Shown here piece by piece: positions 15,701 to 28,918 of a stretch of 64,000 bases of DNA. Within the stretch, counting starts at the first letter, position 1; every line of letters begins with the position of its first letter. Position numbers and translations under genes: made by a program. Source of the DNA: Eledone cirrhosa (lineage: Eukaryota); NCBI GenBank assembly GCA_964016885.1, contig OZ024742.1, positions 126,852,001 through 126,916,000 on the forward strand. Direction: 5' to 3'. Under the pieces are notes generated by a model. It was not told the DNA's origin. It ran no database searches and was given only the letters and a program-made list of their open reading frames with translations.

Positions 15701-16205
15701 ATGTGAGACACACATATTACCCACTATTACACACTCTACATTCTCGAACATATTCTCTACACCCGAGACCAATCTTATAAAACAATATATTGATTGATTT
15801 TATATTTATATATCTTCGTTGTTTTTGTTGTTGTGGATGTTGATGATCCCGTTGGCGGTGTTGTCCCCAAACCCCCACCCCATCAACTTCTCTATTAGCT
15901 GGATCACTAATTAATATATCATTAAAATACATTAATTGTTATTTTTTTTTTTTTTGCTATTGCTTTTGTTGTTTTAGGCTATATACTGTTTTATTTTTTA
16001 TTCGCCATTATGATATTTGTTTCAAAAGATAACACAGACATACATAATACAAAGACACACAGACAGAGACACGGAGACACACAGATACACGATTCATCCC
16101 TTCCCCTCTTTCACTAAAACAAATATAACATACGAAATCATAAAAAACAAACGAGCATAACCATAAGCATAAATTACTATTCACAGAGAGACTCCTCAGC
16201 ACACA

Positions 16206-16250
<45 letters not shown>

Positions 16251-16266
16251 TATTTCAAAATATTAA

Positions 16267-16454
16267 GGGCGGTGGATTGGCAGTGTCGGTAGAGGGTCGG
16301 ACGCCATGTTTTCCAGCATAGTTACGTCCCTTTACGATCTGAGTTCAAATCCCGCCGAGGTTGACTTTGCCTTTCATCCTTACGTGGTCGATAAAATAAA
16401 GTACCAGTAATGCACTGGGTAATTGCTGGCCTTGTGCCTAAAGTAGAAACAATT
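16267..16454 (+). mobile_element. Full-length family A tRNA-derived SINE
   Basis: A-box TGGCAGTGTCGG (16278), B-box GAGTTCAAATCC (16341), core GCCTTTCATCCTTACGTGGTCGATAAAATAAAGTACCAG, flanked by an ATTAA direct repeat. Confidence 0.92.
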
Positions 16455-16484
16455 AATAAATATAGACATTCATGTGATCAAATA

Positions 16485-16549
16485 TTTTTATTATACATAT
16501 TTCAGAGGTACTGAACTATTTCATCAGTACGTCCTCATCAGATAAAATA
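16485..16549 (-). ncRNA. Type I hammerhead ribozyme (left arm copy)
   Basis: Minus strand reads TATTTTAT-CTGATGA-GGACGTACTGA(TGAAATAGT)TCAGTACCTCT-GAAA-TATGTA-TA/ATAAAA. Stem II pairs at 10 of 11 positions. Confidence 0.8.
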
Positions 16550-16651
16550 AATTGATGTCTGACATACCTCAACTGTGCTGATGGTTCAATTCCAGTCTTG
16601 GCAGTCAAGAATTGAACCATTAGCACAGTTGAGGTATGTCAGACATCAATT

Positions 16652-16717
16652 TATTTTATCTGATGAGGACGTACTGATGAAATAGCTCAATACCTCTGAA
16701 ATATGTATAATAAAATA
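16652..16717 (+). ncRNA. Type I hammerhead ribozyme (right arm copy)
   Basis: Stem I 16652-16659/16710-16717 (8 bp), CTGATGA 16660-16666, stem II 16667-16697, GAAA 16698-16701, self-complementary ATATGTAT stem III, predicted cut after 16709. Confidence 0.8.
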
Positions 16718-16859
16718 TATTTGATCACGTGAATGTCTATATTTATTAATATATTTTGAAGTAATATTAATAACTCCAGAAAACCCCTTTGTTGAGTGCT
16801 TCTAATCTCTTGTAAAACTTTTTTCATTGATTAATCAATGAACCTTGTTAAACTTTTGG

Positions 16860-16924
<65 letters not shown>

Positions 16925-17074
16925 CATATATACAGATACAAGCACACACATACACGCGCTTACGCCAGTCAATGATATTTGGTGACAATACACAAGTGAT
17001 TGAATTATCGTTTTCATTGTCATCATTATGTTATCTGTCATTAAAGTCATCACATGATAGTTGTGTATGTACAA

Positions 17075-17262
17075 TAGATTCCTTCCTGTGAAGGATAGAA
17101 AGTGAGAGAAGAAGAATCGACCCAGTACTTTTTTATATCGACTTCGAAAGGATAAAGGACAAAGTCGATCTTGGCGGAATTTGAACTCAGAGAGCAGAAA
17201 GCCAAAATAAATACTGCAAAGCATTCTATCCGAGGTTCTAACGTATCTATCAATAGACCGCC
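17075..17262 (-). mobile_element. SINE family A long-tail copy
   Basis: TTTATATCGACTTCGAAAGGAT...GGCGGAATTTGAACTCAG core. Confidence 0.7.
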
Positions 17263-17289
17263 AGCAATACATAATGTTCTATATTCTAT

Positions 17290-17731
17290 AATGTAGTGTC
17301 CCGGCAGTATAATGTCATATTCTGTAAGGAAGTGTCCCAGCAGTAAAGAATGTCGTATATTCTATAAGCTGGTGCCCCAGCAGTATATGTGCTATATTCT
17401 ATAAGCTGGTGCCCCAGCAGTATATGTGCTATATTCTATAAGCTGGTGCCCCAGCAGTATATGTGCTATATTCTATAAGCTGGTGATCCACCAGTATATA
17501 GTGTCCCATATTCTATAATGCGGTGCTCCAGCAGTATACAATGTCCTTTATTCTTTCAGATGGTGTCCCAGCAGTATATAATGTCCTATATTCTATAAAG
17601 TGATGCCCAGCAGTATATAATGTCCTATATTCTATAAGCTAGTGCCGCAGCAGTATATAATGTCCTATATTCTATAAGCTAGTGCCCCAGCAGTATATAA
17701 TTGCTTATATTCTATAAAGTGGTGCTCCAGC
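17290..17731. repeat. ~37-bp minisatellite
   Basis: Unit TATTCTATAAGCTGGTGCCCCAGCAGTATATGTGCTA, about 11 diverged copies. Confidence 0.9.
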
Positions 17732-17804
17732 ACTGACAGAAACTAATCAAAGAATAAAGCTAGCCGGTTTCAAAAGTAGTTGTAACTCATCAAATTGCTT
17801 GTCA

Positions 17805-18385
17805 ATATGTCATCTAAGCCATCACTTTCATCCATCAATTAAGTAATCATTTCACCCTGGTTATCACCATCATTTATCATCTTCATTCTCATCTGTCGTC
17901 TTAGCCATCATAGATCATCATCTGTCATCTAAGCCATCACCAATCGTCATCTTTCTTCTTAGCCAGCATAAATCGTCATCTGCCATTTTATCTGCCATCT
18001 GTCGTCTTAGCTGTCATAAATCGTCACCTGCCGTCTTAGCCATCATATATCCTTAACTGTCGTCTTAGCCATCATCACTCGTTATCTGTCATCTTAGCAA
18101 TCGTCTGTCATCTGTCGTCTTAGACATCAGTCGTCTACTGTCGTTTTAACCGTCAACTGTCGTTTTAGCCATCATCTGTCATTTTATCCATCACCAATCG
18201 TCATCTGTCATCTTAGCAATCACCTCTCATCTGTCATCTGTCGTCTTAGCCATCATTAGTCGTCACTTGTCATCATCACTTGTCATCTGTCGTCTTAGCC
18301 ATCATCTGTCATAACAGCCATCATAAATCATCTGTCATCTTAGCCACCATATCATCGTCATCATTATCACTATCTTAGCAATCAT
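17805..18385. repeat. Degenerate TCATCTGTCGTCTTAGCCA tandem repeat
   Basis: Recurrent TCTTAGCCATC and TCATCTGTC motifs. Confidence 0.8.
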
Positions 18386-18656
18386 ACTGCTGTTTTCAAC
18401 AACCCATGATAGGAGTGGTGGCGCTGCTAGTGGTGATGACAGTGGTGTTGGTTGTGGTGGTGGAGATAGTAGTGGTGATGACGGTGGTTGTGGTGGTGGT
18501 GATGATGGTGGGGATGGTTGTGGGGGGTGCTTGTAGTGATGGTTGTGAAGGTATTACTAGTGGTAGTGATGATTGTGGTTCTAGTGGTGGTAGTGGTGAC
18601 GTTGGTGATGATATTTGTAATGGTAATGGATGTGGTTGTGCTATTGGTAACGGTGA

Positions 18657-18835
18657 ATTGGCAGTATCTGTAGAGGGTCGGACGCCATGCTTTGCAGCAT
18701 AGTTACGTCCCTTTACGATCTGAGTTCAAATCTCGCCGTGGTTGACTTTGCCTTTCATCCTTACGGGGTCGATAAAATAAAGTACCAGTAATGCACTGGG
18801 TAATTGCTGGCCTTGTGCCTAAAGTAGAAACAGTT
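18657..18835 (+). mobile_element. Family A tRNA-SINE
   Basis: Nearly identical to 16267-16454. Confidence 0.9.
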
Positions 18836-19109
18836 ATTGGTAATGGTGATGTTGGTAGTGGTGATGATGGTAGTGGTGATGATGGTGATAGCATTAATAG
18901 TAGGCGTGACTGTGGTAGTGTTGGTAGTATGGGTGGAAATAGATGTAATAGCAATGTTGGTGGTATTAGTGCAAGTTGTTGTAGTGATGGTGGTATTGGT
19001 AGAAGTTGTAGTGGTGATGGTGGTGGTAGTGTCGGTCGTAGTAGTGATGGTTTCTGTGGAGATGGTGGTAGTGTTGGTGGAATGGGTGATAACTTCTGTG
19101 GTAATAGTG

Positions 19110-21760
19110 GTAGTGTTGGTAGTATTGGTGACAGTTGCTGTGGTGATGGTGGTGGGAGTGTTGGTGGTATTGGTGACAGTTGCTGTGGTGATGGTGGTGG
19201 GAGTGTTGGTGGTATTGGTGACAGTTGCTGTGGTGATGGTGGTGGGAGTGTTGGTGGTATTGGTGACAGTTGCTGTGGTGATGGTGGTGGGAGTGTTGGT
19301 GGTATTGGTGACAGTTGCTGTGGTGATGGTGGTGGGAGTGTTGGTGGTATTGGTGACAGTTGCTGTGGTGATGGTGGTGGGAGTGTTGGTGGTATTGGTG
19401 ACAGTTGCTGTGGTGATGGTGGTGGTAGTGTTGGTGGTATTGGTTATAGTTGCTGTGGTGATGGTGGTGGTAGTGTTGGTAGTATTGGTGACAGTTGCTG
19501 TGGTGATGGTGGTGGTAGTGTTGGTGGTATTGGTTATAGTTACTGTGGTGATGGTGGTGGTAGTGTTGGTGGTATTGGTGACAGTTGCTGTGGTGATGGT
19601 GGTGGTAGTGTTGGTGGTATTGGTTATAGTTACTGTGGTGATGGTGGTGGTAGTGTTGGTAGTATTGGTGACAGTTGCTGTGGTGATGGTGGTGGGAGTG
19701 TTGGTGGTATTGGTTATAGTTACTGTGGTGATGGTGGTGGTAGTGTTGGTGGTATTGGTGACAGTTGCTGTGGTGATGGTGGTGGTAGTGTTGGTGGTAT
19801 TGGTTATAGTTGCTGTGGTGATGGTGGTGGTAGTGTTGGTAGTATTGGTGACAGTTGCTGTGGTGATGGTGGTGGTAGTGTTGGTGGTATTGGTTATAGT
19901 TGCTGTGGTGATGGTGGTGGTAGTGTTGGTGGTATTGGTTATAGTTGCTGTGGTGATGGTGGGGTAGTGTCGGTAGTATTGGTGACAGTTGCTGTGGTGA
20001 TGGTGGTGGGAGTGTTGGTGGTATTGATTATAGTTGCTGTGGTGATGGTAGTGGTAGTGTTGGTGGTATTGGTTATAGTTGCTGTGGTGATGGTGGTGGT
20101 AGTGTTGGTGGTATTGGTTATAGTTGCTGTGGTGATGGTGGTGGTAGTGTTGGTGGTATTGGTTATAGTTACTGTGGTGATGGTGGTGGTAGTGTTGGTA
20201 GTATTGGTGACAGTTACTGTGGTGATGGTGGTGGTAGTGTTGGTGGTATTGGTGACAGTTGCTGTGGTGATGGTGGTGGTAGTGTTGGTAGTATTGGTGA
20301 CAGTTGCTGTGGTGATGGTGGTGGTAGCGTTGGTAGTATTGGTGACAGTTACTGTGGTGATGGTGGTGGTAGTGTTGGTGGTATTGGTTATAGTTGCTGT
20401 GGTGATGGTGGTGGTAGTGTTGGTGGTATTGGTTATAGTTGCTGTGGTGATGGTGGTGGTAGTGTTGGTGGTATTGGTTATAGTTGCTGTGGTGATGGTG
20501 GTGGTAGTGTTGGTGGTATTTGTTATAGTTGCTGTGGTGATGGTGGGGTAGTGTTGGTGGTATTGGTTATAGTTGCTGTGGTGATGGTGGTGGTAGTGTT
20601 GGTAGTATTGGTGACAGTTTCTGTGGTGATGGTGGTGGGAGTGTTGGTGGTATTGGTTATAGTTGCTGTGGTGATGGTGGTGGGAATGTTGGTGGTATTG
20701 GTGACAGTTTCTGTGGTGATGGTGGTGGGAGTGTTGGTGGTATTGGTTATAGTTGCTGTGGTGATGGTGGTGGTAGCGTTGGTAGTATTGGTTATAGTTG
20801 CTGTGGTGATGGTGGTGGTAGTGTTGGTGGTATTGGTGACAGTTGCTGTGGTGATGGTGGTGGTAGTGTTGGTGGTATTGGTTATAGTTGCTGTGGTGAT
20901 GGTGGTGGTAGTGTTGGTAGTATTGGTGACAGTTACTGTGGTGATGGTGGTGGTAGCGTTGGTAGTATTGGTGACAGTTTCTGTGGTGATGGTGGTGGGA
21001 GTGTTGGTGGTATTGGTTATAGTTGCTGTGGTGATGGTGGTGGTAGTGTTGGTAGTATTGGTGACAGTTGCTGTGGTGATGGTGGTGGGAGTGTTGGTGG
21101 TATTGGTTATAGTTGCTGTGGTGATGGTGGTGGGAGTGTTGGTGGTATTGGTGACAGTTTCTGTGGTGATGGTGGTGGGAGTGTTGGTGGTATTGGTTAT
21201 AGTTGCTGTGGTGATGGTGGTGGGAGTGTTGGTGGTATTGGTGACAGTTTCTGTGGTGATGGTGGTGGGAGTGTTGGTGGTATTGGTTATAGTTGCTGTG
21301 GTGATGGTGGTGGGAGTGTTGGTAGTATTGGTGACAGTTTCTGTGGTGATGGTGGTGGGAGTGTTGGTGGTATTGGTTATAGTTGCTGTGGTGATGGTGG
21401 TGGGAGTGTTGGTGGTATTGGTGACAGTTTCTGTGGTGATGGTGGTGGGAGTGTTGGTGGTATTGGTTATAGTTGCTGTGGTGATGGTGGTGGTAGCGTT
21501 GGTAGTATTGGTGACAGTTTCTGTGGTGATGGTGGTGGGAGTGTTGGTGGTATTGGTTATAGTTGCTGTGGTGATGGTGGTGGTAGCGTTGGTAGTATTG
21601 GTGACAGTTGCTGTGGTGATGGTGGTGGGAGTGTTGGTGGTATTGGTTATAGTTACTGTGGTGATGGTGGTGGGAGTGTTGGTGGTATTGGTTATAGTTA
21701 CTGTGGTGATGGTGGTGGGAGTGTTAGTGGTATTGGTTATAGTTGCTGTGGTGATGGTGT
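19110..21760. repeat. 45-bp minisatellite (~58 units) within a GGT-rich tract spanning ~18410-22130
   Basis: Unit GGTGATGGTGGTGGGAGTGTTGGTGGTATTGGTGACAGTTGCTGT, with frame-breaking deletions near 19963 and 20548. Confidence 0.97.
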
Positions 21761-22234
21761 TTGTGGTAGTTGCTGTGGTGATGGTGGTGGTATTTGTGAC
21801 AGTTGCTGAGGTGGTGGTGGTGGTGGTATTGGTGATAGCTGCAGTGGTGACAGTTGCTGATAGTGTTGATCGTATTGGTGATAGTTACCTTGGTGATGGT
21901 GGTGGTAGAGTTGTGGTGATGGTGGTGATGGTGATGAGGTATTGGTGGTAGTTGCGGTAATGGTGGTGATAGAGTTGGTGGTATTGATGATAGGTGTTGT
22001 GGTGATGGTGGTGGCAGTGTTGATGGTTTTGGTGGTAGTTGTGGTGATGGTGGTGACAGTGTTGATGGTATTGGTGGTAGTTGTGGTGATGGTGGTGACA
22101 GTGTTGATGGTATTGGTGGTAGTTGCGGTAATATTCTATACTTTAAACCTGGATAAAGGAGATAGACATTTCTAATAGCTATGTAATCGGTTACGTCACT
22201 AAAATATTTATGCACCTTATGTTAATGACTTCTC

Positions 22235-23100
22235 CAACAACAACAGCAGCGATGTCGATGGTATTATCAGCAGCAGCAGCAATGACAGCAACAGCAATGT
22301 CGATTGTACTACCACAGCAGCAGCAACGACAACTATATCAATGACAGCAACAGAAATGTCGATGGTAGCATCAGCAGCAACAACAGCAGCTGAGCCAAAG
22401 ACACCAACAACAGTTGCAGTAGCAGCAAAATCAGTTTCAGCAACAAGAAGCAGTAATAATGACAGTAGTCACATCACAAGCTGCAGCACCAGTAGCAGCA
22501 GCGTCAACAACAGTAGTCAGGACAGCAGCAACAGCAACGACCTTTGTCGTAGCAGCAGTGACGAGAAATGTCATAAAAAGAACAACAACAATGTCAACAA
22601 CAGTAGTCATAGCAACAGTAACGTCAATAGTAACATCAACGTCAACGACGAGAGCAGTTACGTCTTTGACAGCAGTCATAGCAACAAAAACGTTGACCGC
22701 AGCAGTCAAGGCAAAAGCACTGTCAATGACAGCAGACAGCAGCTGCAGTGACGTCAATGACAACTGCAGCAGTAGCATCAACGTCAACGACAGCAGAAGT
22801 AACGTCAATAAACGACGGCAATATAACAGCAACAATATGAATACCGGTCGTCATAGCAGCAGTAATGTCAATGATGGTAGTCATAACAACAGCAACGTCA
22901 ACGACAGCAGTCACAACAATGGTAGCGTCAATTACGGTAGTGTTAACGACGGTAGTCATAGCAACATCAACCACAACATGTGGTAGCTTGACCCGCTACA
23001 AACATCAATCAAATCTCCATCAATTCTCACCAATACGGGATGACAACATCAACAGCAACAACAACGATGACAAGAGAAATAACAATAATAGTAATAGTAG
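22235..23100. repeat. Degenerate CAG/CAA-rich repeat (GCAACGTCAACGACAGCA-like)
   Basis: Low-complexity repeated motifs with no coherent ORF. Confidence 0.75.
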
Positions 23101-23245
23101 CTATGACACCAAAAGCTCCACAATGGAGGTCAACAGTAAAACACTTGTAATGAACTCTACCAAAGACACAAGTCCACACATTTTGAAGGAACAGATGAAT
23201 CGATTAAATTAATCCCAGGATGTGTGTCGTACATTATTCTATAAA

Positions 23246-23955
23246 TGGTGGATTGGCAGTATCGGTAGGGGGTCGGACACCATGCTTTGTAGCAAAGAGT
23301 TACGGCCCTTGTCATTCTGAGTTCAAATCCCGCCGAGGTTAACTTTGCCTTTCATCCTTACGGGGTCGATAAAATAAAGTACCAGTAATGTACTGGGTAA
23401 TTGCTGGCCTTGTGCCAAAAGTAGAAATAATTATTCTATAAATCCCAGAAAGATGATAAGGTTTACTCCGGCAAGTTTTAATCTCAGAATGTAAAAAAAA
23501 TGGGAATGAAGGCCTTAAGACATTTTGTCCAACACAAAGTATTCTACCAACACGCCACTTCAGTATAACAGCACAAATAATGGTTTCTGAATTAGGCACA
23601 AGGCCAACAATTTTTTGAGGGAAGGGGAAAGTCTATTAAATTGATCCCAGTGTATTACTGGTGCTTTATTTTATCGACCCCGTAAACACGAAGCAAAGCC
23701 CACCACAACAGGGTTTAAAATCAGAGCGTAAAGGGCCGTAACTATAGGCCGAGTAACAACACAAATAATTGTTTCTACTTTTGGCACAAGGCTAGCAATT
23801 ATCCCAGTGTATTACTGGTACTTTATTTTATCGACCCCGTAAGGATGAAAGGCAAAGTTAACCTCGGCGGGATTTGAACTCAGACCATAAAGGGCCGTAA
23901 CTCTTTGCTGCAAAGCATGGCGTCCGACCCTCTACCGATACTGCCAATCCACCGA
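23246..23955. mobile_element. Cluster of family A SINEs (23246-23432 +, degenerate ~23440-23560, 23580-23750 -, 23768-23955 -)
   Basis: Family A consensus motifs in both orientations. Confidence 0.88.
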
Positions 23956-24959
23956 CTACATCTCAGCCATATTATTACATAACGATGGTAATGAAAGCAG
24001 AATAACTACTACATCCTATAAACATCAAAAGTGACCGAATATTCTACAGACACGTGTACCAGTGTGGCAATGCTGTTTCTTTGAATTACAGATACAGTCA
24101 ATCTAAACATCCCTATTGCTTGGGGTTAGCCGGAGATATAGTCAAAGACACTTGTTCATGTGGCTACAAAGTGGGATTCAACAGGGATCTTCATTCTTAA
24201 GAAGTGAGTTTCTTAAACATTCGGACATTTTGTATCCACTACCAAGACAGTTACAACGAAGTTACATCTCAGTTTTTTCTTTTGTGCATCCACACAGATT
24301 CTGATTACCAATACATCATTCACTGATACTACGCCATCAGAACGTATATACGGTAGTAGCTGATAAGTAAAATACGACATTCTGTTAGATTTCGGATAAA
24401 TATAGCCAGAACTCTGTTCTAAAATGTCCGCGGCTCCGGACTTTCTCAGCTTGACCGTCTAATCTGATACAATGGTGATTTTCCTGATAAGTAGATGTCT
24501 CCGTAGCAAGACTCTACAATGATTCTAGGTTGATGGTAAGGTCTCTCAGCGTTTGAGTTGAGAATCGGTTGTGTGTTTGCCCATTATTATCTCTGTGTTT
24601 GGCGGCAATTGACAAAGAGGTTAGAAAGTCGAGTGAAATGGTTCGCGTTTCGCGGTGTTCGTTTAAATCTGTTGCGGTCAACATTGCCTTTCGAAGTCGA
24701 TAAAATAAAGTATCAGAAGAGAGGGAGAGCAAAGGAAGGAGGGAGACGGAGAGAGGGTGGTCAACAGAAGAGAAGGGATATAAAGGGAGTAAGGAAGAGA
24801 GTGGTCAAGAAAAGGAAGGGATACAGAGGCAGTGAGATAGAGAGTGGTCAAGAAAGAGGAAGATATTACAACCCAGATGTGAATAGATAACTGGTCATTG
24901 GATCCTAAATAAGGAAATTGATTCTGATATTACATAAACGTATGTCAGTTTATTACTTA

Positions 24960-26804
24960 AATGGAGAGAAAGGGGTGAGGAAGAGGGTGAGAAAGGGGGT
25001 GAGGAAGAGAGAGAAAGGGGTTGAGGGAGAGGGGGCTGAGGGAGAGGTGGGAGGGAGATAGATGGGGTTGAGGCAGAAAGGAGTTGAGGGAGAAACGAGT
25101 TGAGGGAGAAGGGGAGGGAGAGAAGGAAGGGAGAAAGGGGGTGAGGGAAAGAGAGAGAGAGAGGGAAAGAGAGAGAGGTGGGGATGGAGGAGAGGGATGA
25201 GGGAGAGGGGGGAGGGAGAGAGAGAGAGAGGGGTTAGAGAGAAGTAGGTGGTAGATAATGAGATATGTTTCAGGAAGCCATTCAATTGTGAAAATGTGGA
25301 GAAATATAGTTCCAACTAGAAACAATTGTAGAATGTCACATCGATTGGTTTGGGGAGTAAATGGAATATGGTGGGGTAGTGTGGCTGGCTTACTAACGAT
25401 GTCTCTGGTCGTCTGTATGTAGGTATGTATGTGTGTGTGTGTATATGTATGTAGGTAGGTTTATATGTATATATCTAAGCATGTGTGTATGTATGTAGGT
25501 ATATATGTATATATGTATGTGTCTAAGCATGTATGTATGTATGCGTATGTATGTTTTATGAATGTATATGTGTATGTATGTATGCATGCGAAATGTATGT
25601 ATGCATATATGTATAAATATATGTATAAATGTATATCTATATGTATAAAGGTATGAATATATGTATAAAGGTATGTATAAAGGTATGAATATAGGTATAA
25701 AAGTATGAATATAGGTATAAAGGTATGTATAAAGGTATGAATATATGTATAAAGGTATGTATAAAGGTATGAATATAGGTATAAAAGTGTGTACGCATAT
25801 ATGTATAAAGATATGTATATATGTATGCATATCTTTGAATATATGATCTATGAGGGATATATGAATGCATTTATGTGTGCGTGCATACATGTATGTGTGT
25901 ATGTTTGTGTGTGTATATGTGCTAGAATGCTAGGGAAGGAGAGACGAAAAGGTTGTGACTGACCATGTGATAACAAGTATGTTTGAGAGAGAGAGAGAGA
26001 GAGAGAGAGAATGTGAGGGAAAGAGAGAGGGAGGATTGAAAGAGGGAGAGAGAGAGGATTGGAAGAGGGTGAGAGAAGGATTGGAAGAGGGAGAGAGAGA
26101 GAGGGGATTGGAAGAGGGTTAGAGGAAGGATTGGAAGAGGGTGAGAGGAAGGATTGGAAGAGGGTGAGAGAAGGATTGGAAGAGGGAGAGAGAGAGAGAG
26201 GATTGGAAGAGGGTGAGAGGAAGGATTGGAAGAGGGTGAGAGGAAGGATTGGAAGAGGATGAGAGAAGGATTGGAAGAGGGAGAGAGAGAGAGAGGATTG
26301 GAAGAGGGTGAGAGGAAGGATTGGAAGAGGGTGAGAGGAAGGATTGGAAGAGGGAGAGAGAGGGAGGATTGGAAGAGGGTGAGAGGAAGGATTGGAAGAG
26401 GGTGAGAGGAAGGATTGGAAGAGGGAGAGAGCATATATGTATAGAGGTAGAATGTTTTAGTGAGAGAGAGAGCAATAGAAAGACAGAGAGTGTGAGAGGG
26501 TGAGCTAAAGAGAGATAAGAGAATAGGAGAGGGTGAGCTAAAGGGAGATAGGAGAGGGTGAGCTAAAGGGAGATAGGAGAGGATGAGCTAAAGGGAGATA
26601 GGAGAGGATGAGCTAAAGGGAGATAGGAGAGGATGAGCTAAAGCGAGATAAGAGAGGGTGAGCTAAAGAGAGATGGGAGAGGGTGAGCTAAAGGGAGATG
26701 TAGTGGGAGGGACGGATTATATAACAAGGGTGGCGGGTGGAAGAATAATGTGACATTTATTAGAGAAGAAAGAATGGGAGAGAGAAACAATGAGTGACTA
26801 ATGC

Positions 26805-26847
<43 letters not shown>

Positions 26848-27376
26848 TGTAGAGAGCGAGAGAGGGGGGGGACAAAGAATAGGAACGAGAGAGGACGATA
26901 AAGAATATGAAGAGACTAAAAGAATACAATTATGAAGAAATATTAAAGAGGAGAGTGTGAAGGGGAGATAACACGAGCTAAGAGAAAATCTGTGGCAAAT
27001 AGATACAGATAGAGACTATGAGACAGAGAGGAAGGGAGAGAGTCAGAGAGAGAGTCAGATACAGAGAGGAAGGGAGAGGGAGTGAGAGAGGAAGGGAGAG
27101 GGAGTGAGAGAGGGAAGGAGTTAGAGTGGGAATAAGATAGAGAGAAGGAAAGAGGAGTGACAAGAAGAGAGGGAACGAGTAAAGAAGGAGTGAAAGAGAG
27201 AGAGAGCAGGAGAGCGAGAGCGAAGGAGAGGGAGAGGGAGAGCGAGAGCGGGGAATGGATAGCGAGGAAGGGTGCGGGTGAAAGAGAGCGAGGGAGAGCG
27301 AGGGAGAGCGAGGAAAGGGGGGTAGGGAATGGCGAGCGAAGAAGAGAGAGATGACAGATAGATGTAGGTAGGTACC

Positions 27377-27455
<79 letters not shown>

Positions 27456-27640
27456 ATAGCTAGATAGATGGATAGGTAGATAGATGGATAGATAGATACA
27501 TTGATAGAGAGCTAGATAGATAGATAAATAGGCGCATAGATAGACAGATAGATAGATAGATAGATATAGACAGATAGATAGCTACACATATCGATAGATG
27601 GATACATTGATAGAGAGCTACATAGACAGATAGGTAAAGC
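24960..27640. repeat. Composite simple-repeat block: GA-rich tract, ATAAAGGTATG repeats, ~23-bp AGGATTGGAAGAGGGTGAGAGGA, 25-bp GGAGAGGGTGAGCTAAAGGGAGATA, (GA)n, (GATA)n
   Basis: Units visible at 25625-25790, 26030-26430, 26495-26700 and 27378-27640. Confidence 0.9.
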
Positions 27641-27954
27641 AGTCACCATCAAAGAAACGACTGTATATATACTTAAACTCTAAAACCACGACCCTCTGGC
27701 TTCACCTGCCAACTCCTTTTTATTACTAACTCCTCTTCCCTTGACCTCCAACCTAGTAATCTACAGACAGCACTAGAAACCTCACCCCTCCCACCTTCAC
27801 TCCTGCCTCTCCTCATCCTCATCCTCATCCTCCTCCTGCTCAACATACCGCCATGAAACTAGATCCAGGAGGCAGGTAGTCATCGTATTTGACACGGTAT
27901 CGGTAACCTAGCGAGAGATCGATAACGGCGAATGGTGTCTTTCTATGTACAACT

Positions 27955-28028
27955 GCTGCTGCAGCTAGAGTAGCAGCAGCAGCAGCAGCCGTAGTAGTGA
28001 CATCAGCATCATCATCATCATTATCAGC

Positions 28029-28092
<64 letters not shown>

Positions 28093-28270
28093 ATAGTTGC
28101 AACATCATCATCATCATCATCAGTAGTACTAGTGGTGGCATCATAACCATCAACAGCAGGAACAGCACTGAAGTAGTAGCGGCATTATTATCAACATCAT
28201 CATCAGCAGCAGCAGCAATAGTAGCAGCAGCATCATTATCATCATCAGCATCAGCATCAGCAGTAGTCTG
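27955..28270. repeat. (AGT)n/(CAG)n/(CAT)n trinucleotide tracts
   Basis: Directly visible. Confidence 0.93.
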
Positions 28271-28603
28271 GCATTATTCCTGCTTCCATATAGTGCCAGA
28301 TGGAAGGATTATAGAATTTGCCAACGATGGAATAGTTCAAACCGTTACTATAGAAATATTATTGATTTTCAGAATTGTTACAATATTACAAGAGTGAATG
28401 ATGGGGGTATTAGCTTTAATTGACCCCAGTATTTCACTGGTACTTTATTTTACTGACATTCCAAAATTATGAACAGATAGGTTGACCTCAGAACGTAAGA
28501 GAACCACGTGACACAAAACAATGTAGACAGTAGAATGGTGAAATGCATAAGAAATAGTAAGGATGGGAGGGTTGCAGCAATTAAAAATATGAGATCAACA
28601 ATA

Positions 28604-28918
28604 ATAATTGTTTTTACTTTTGGCACAAGGCCAGCAATTATCCCAGTCCATTACTGGTACTTTATTTTATCGACCCCGTAAGGATGAAAGGCAAAGTTAA
28701 CCTCGACTTCATTTGAACTCAGACAGTAAAGGGACGTAACTATGCTAGAAAGCATGGCGTCCGACCCTCTACCGATACTGCCAATCCACCGCCCGAGATC
28801 AGCAATAATAATTGTCTCTACGTTTGGCACAAGGCCAGCAATTACCCAGTGCATTACTGGTACTTTATTTTATCGACCCCGTAAGGATGAAAGGCAAAGT
28901 TAACTTCGGCGGGATTTG
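28604..28918 (-). mobile_element. Two tandem family A SINEs (second truncated)
   Basis: Family A consensus. Further degenerate copies at ~28400-28500 and ~29195-29340. Confidence 0.9.

Larger units (their letters stand above)
16452..16750. repeat. Long inverted repeat (~141-bp arms, 16-bp spacer) of a hammerhead-containing PLE-like terminus
   Basis: 16452-16592 is the reverse complement of 16609-16750 with about 5 differences. Homology continues at 16247-16266 beyond the inserted SINE. Confidence 0.93.

Noticed and set aside
16267-16360. tRNA gene
   Set aside because: A and B boxes are present, but they continue into a multi-copy SINE body and no acceptor-stem cloverleaf forms.
17290-17731. 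CRISPR-like array of ~37-bp repeats
   Set aside because: Units are directly tandem with no unique spacers, there are no cas genes, and the context is eukaryotic.
18791-21951. Gly/Cys-rich or poly-Val repeat protein
   Set aside because: The start lies inside a SINE, the repeat is open in several frames, and 2-bp deletions break the frame.
22341-23212. Ser/Asn/Thr-rich ORFs
   Set aside because: Overlapping low-complexity ORFs on both strands from a degenerate CAG/CAA repeat, with no splice evidence.
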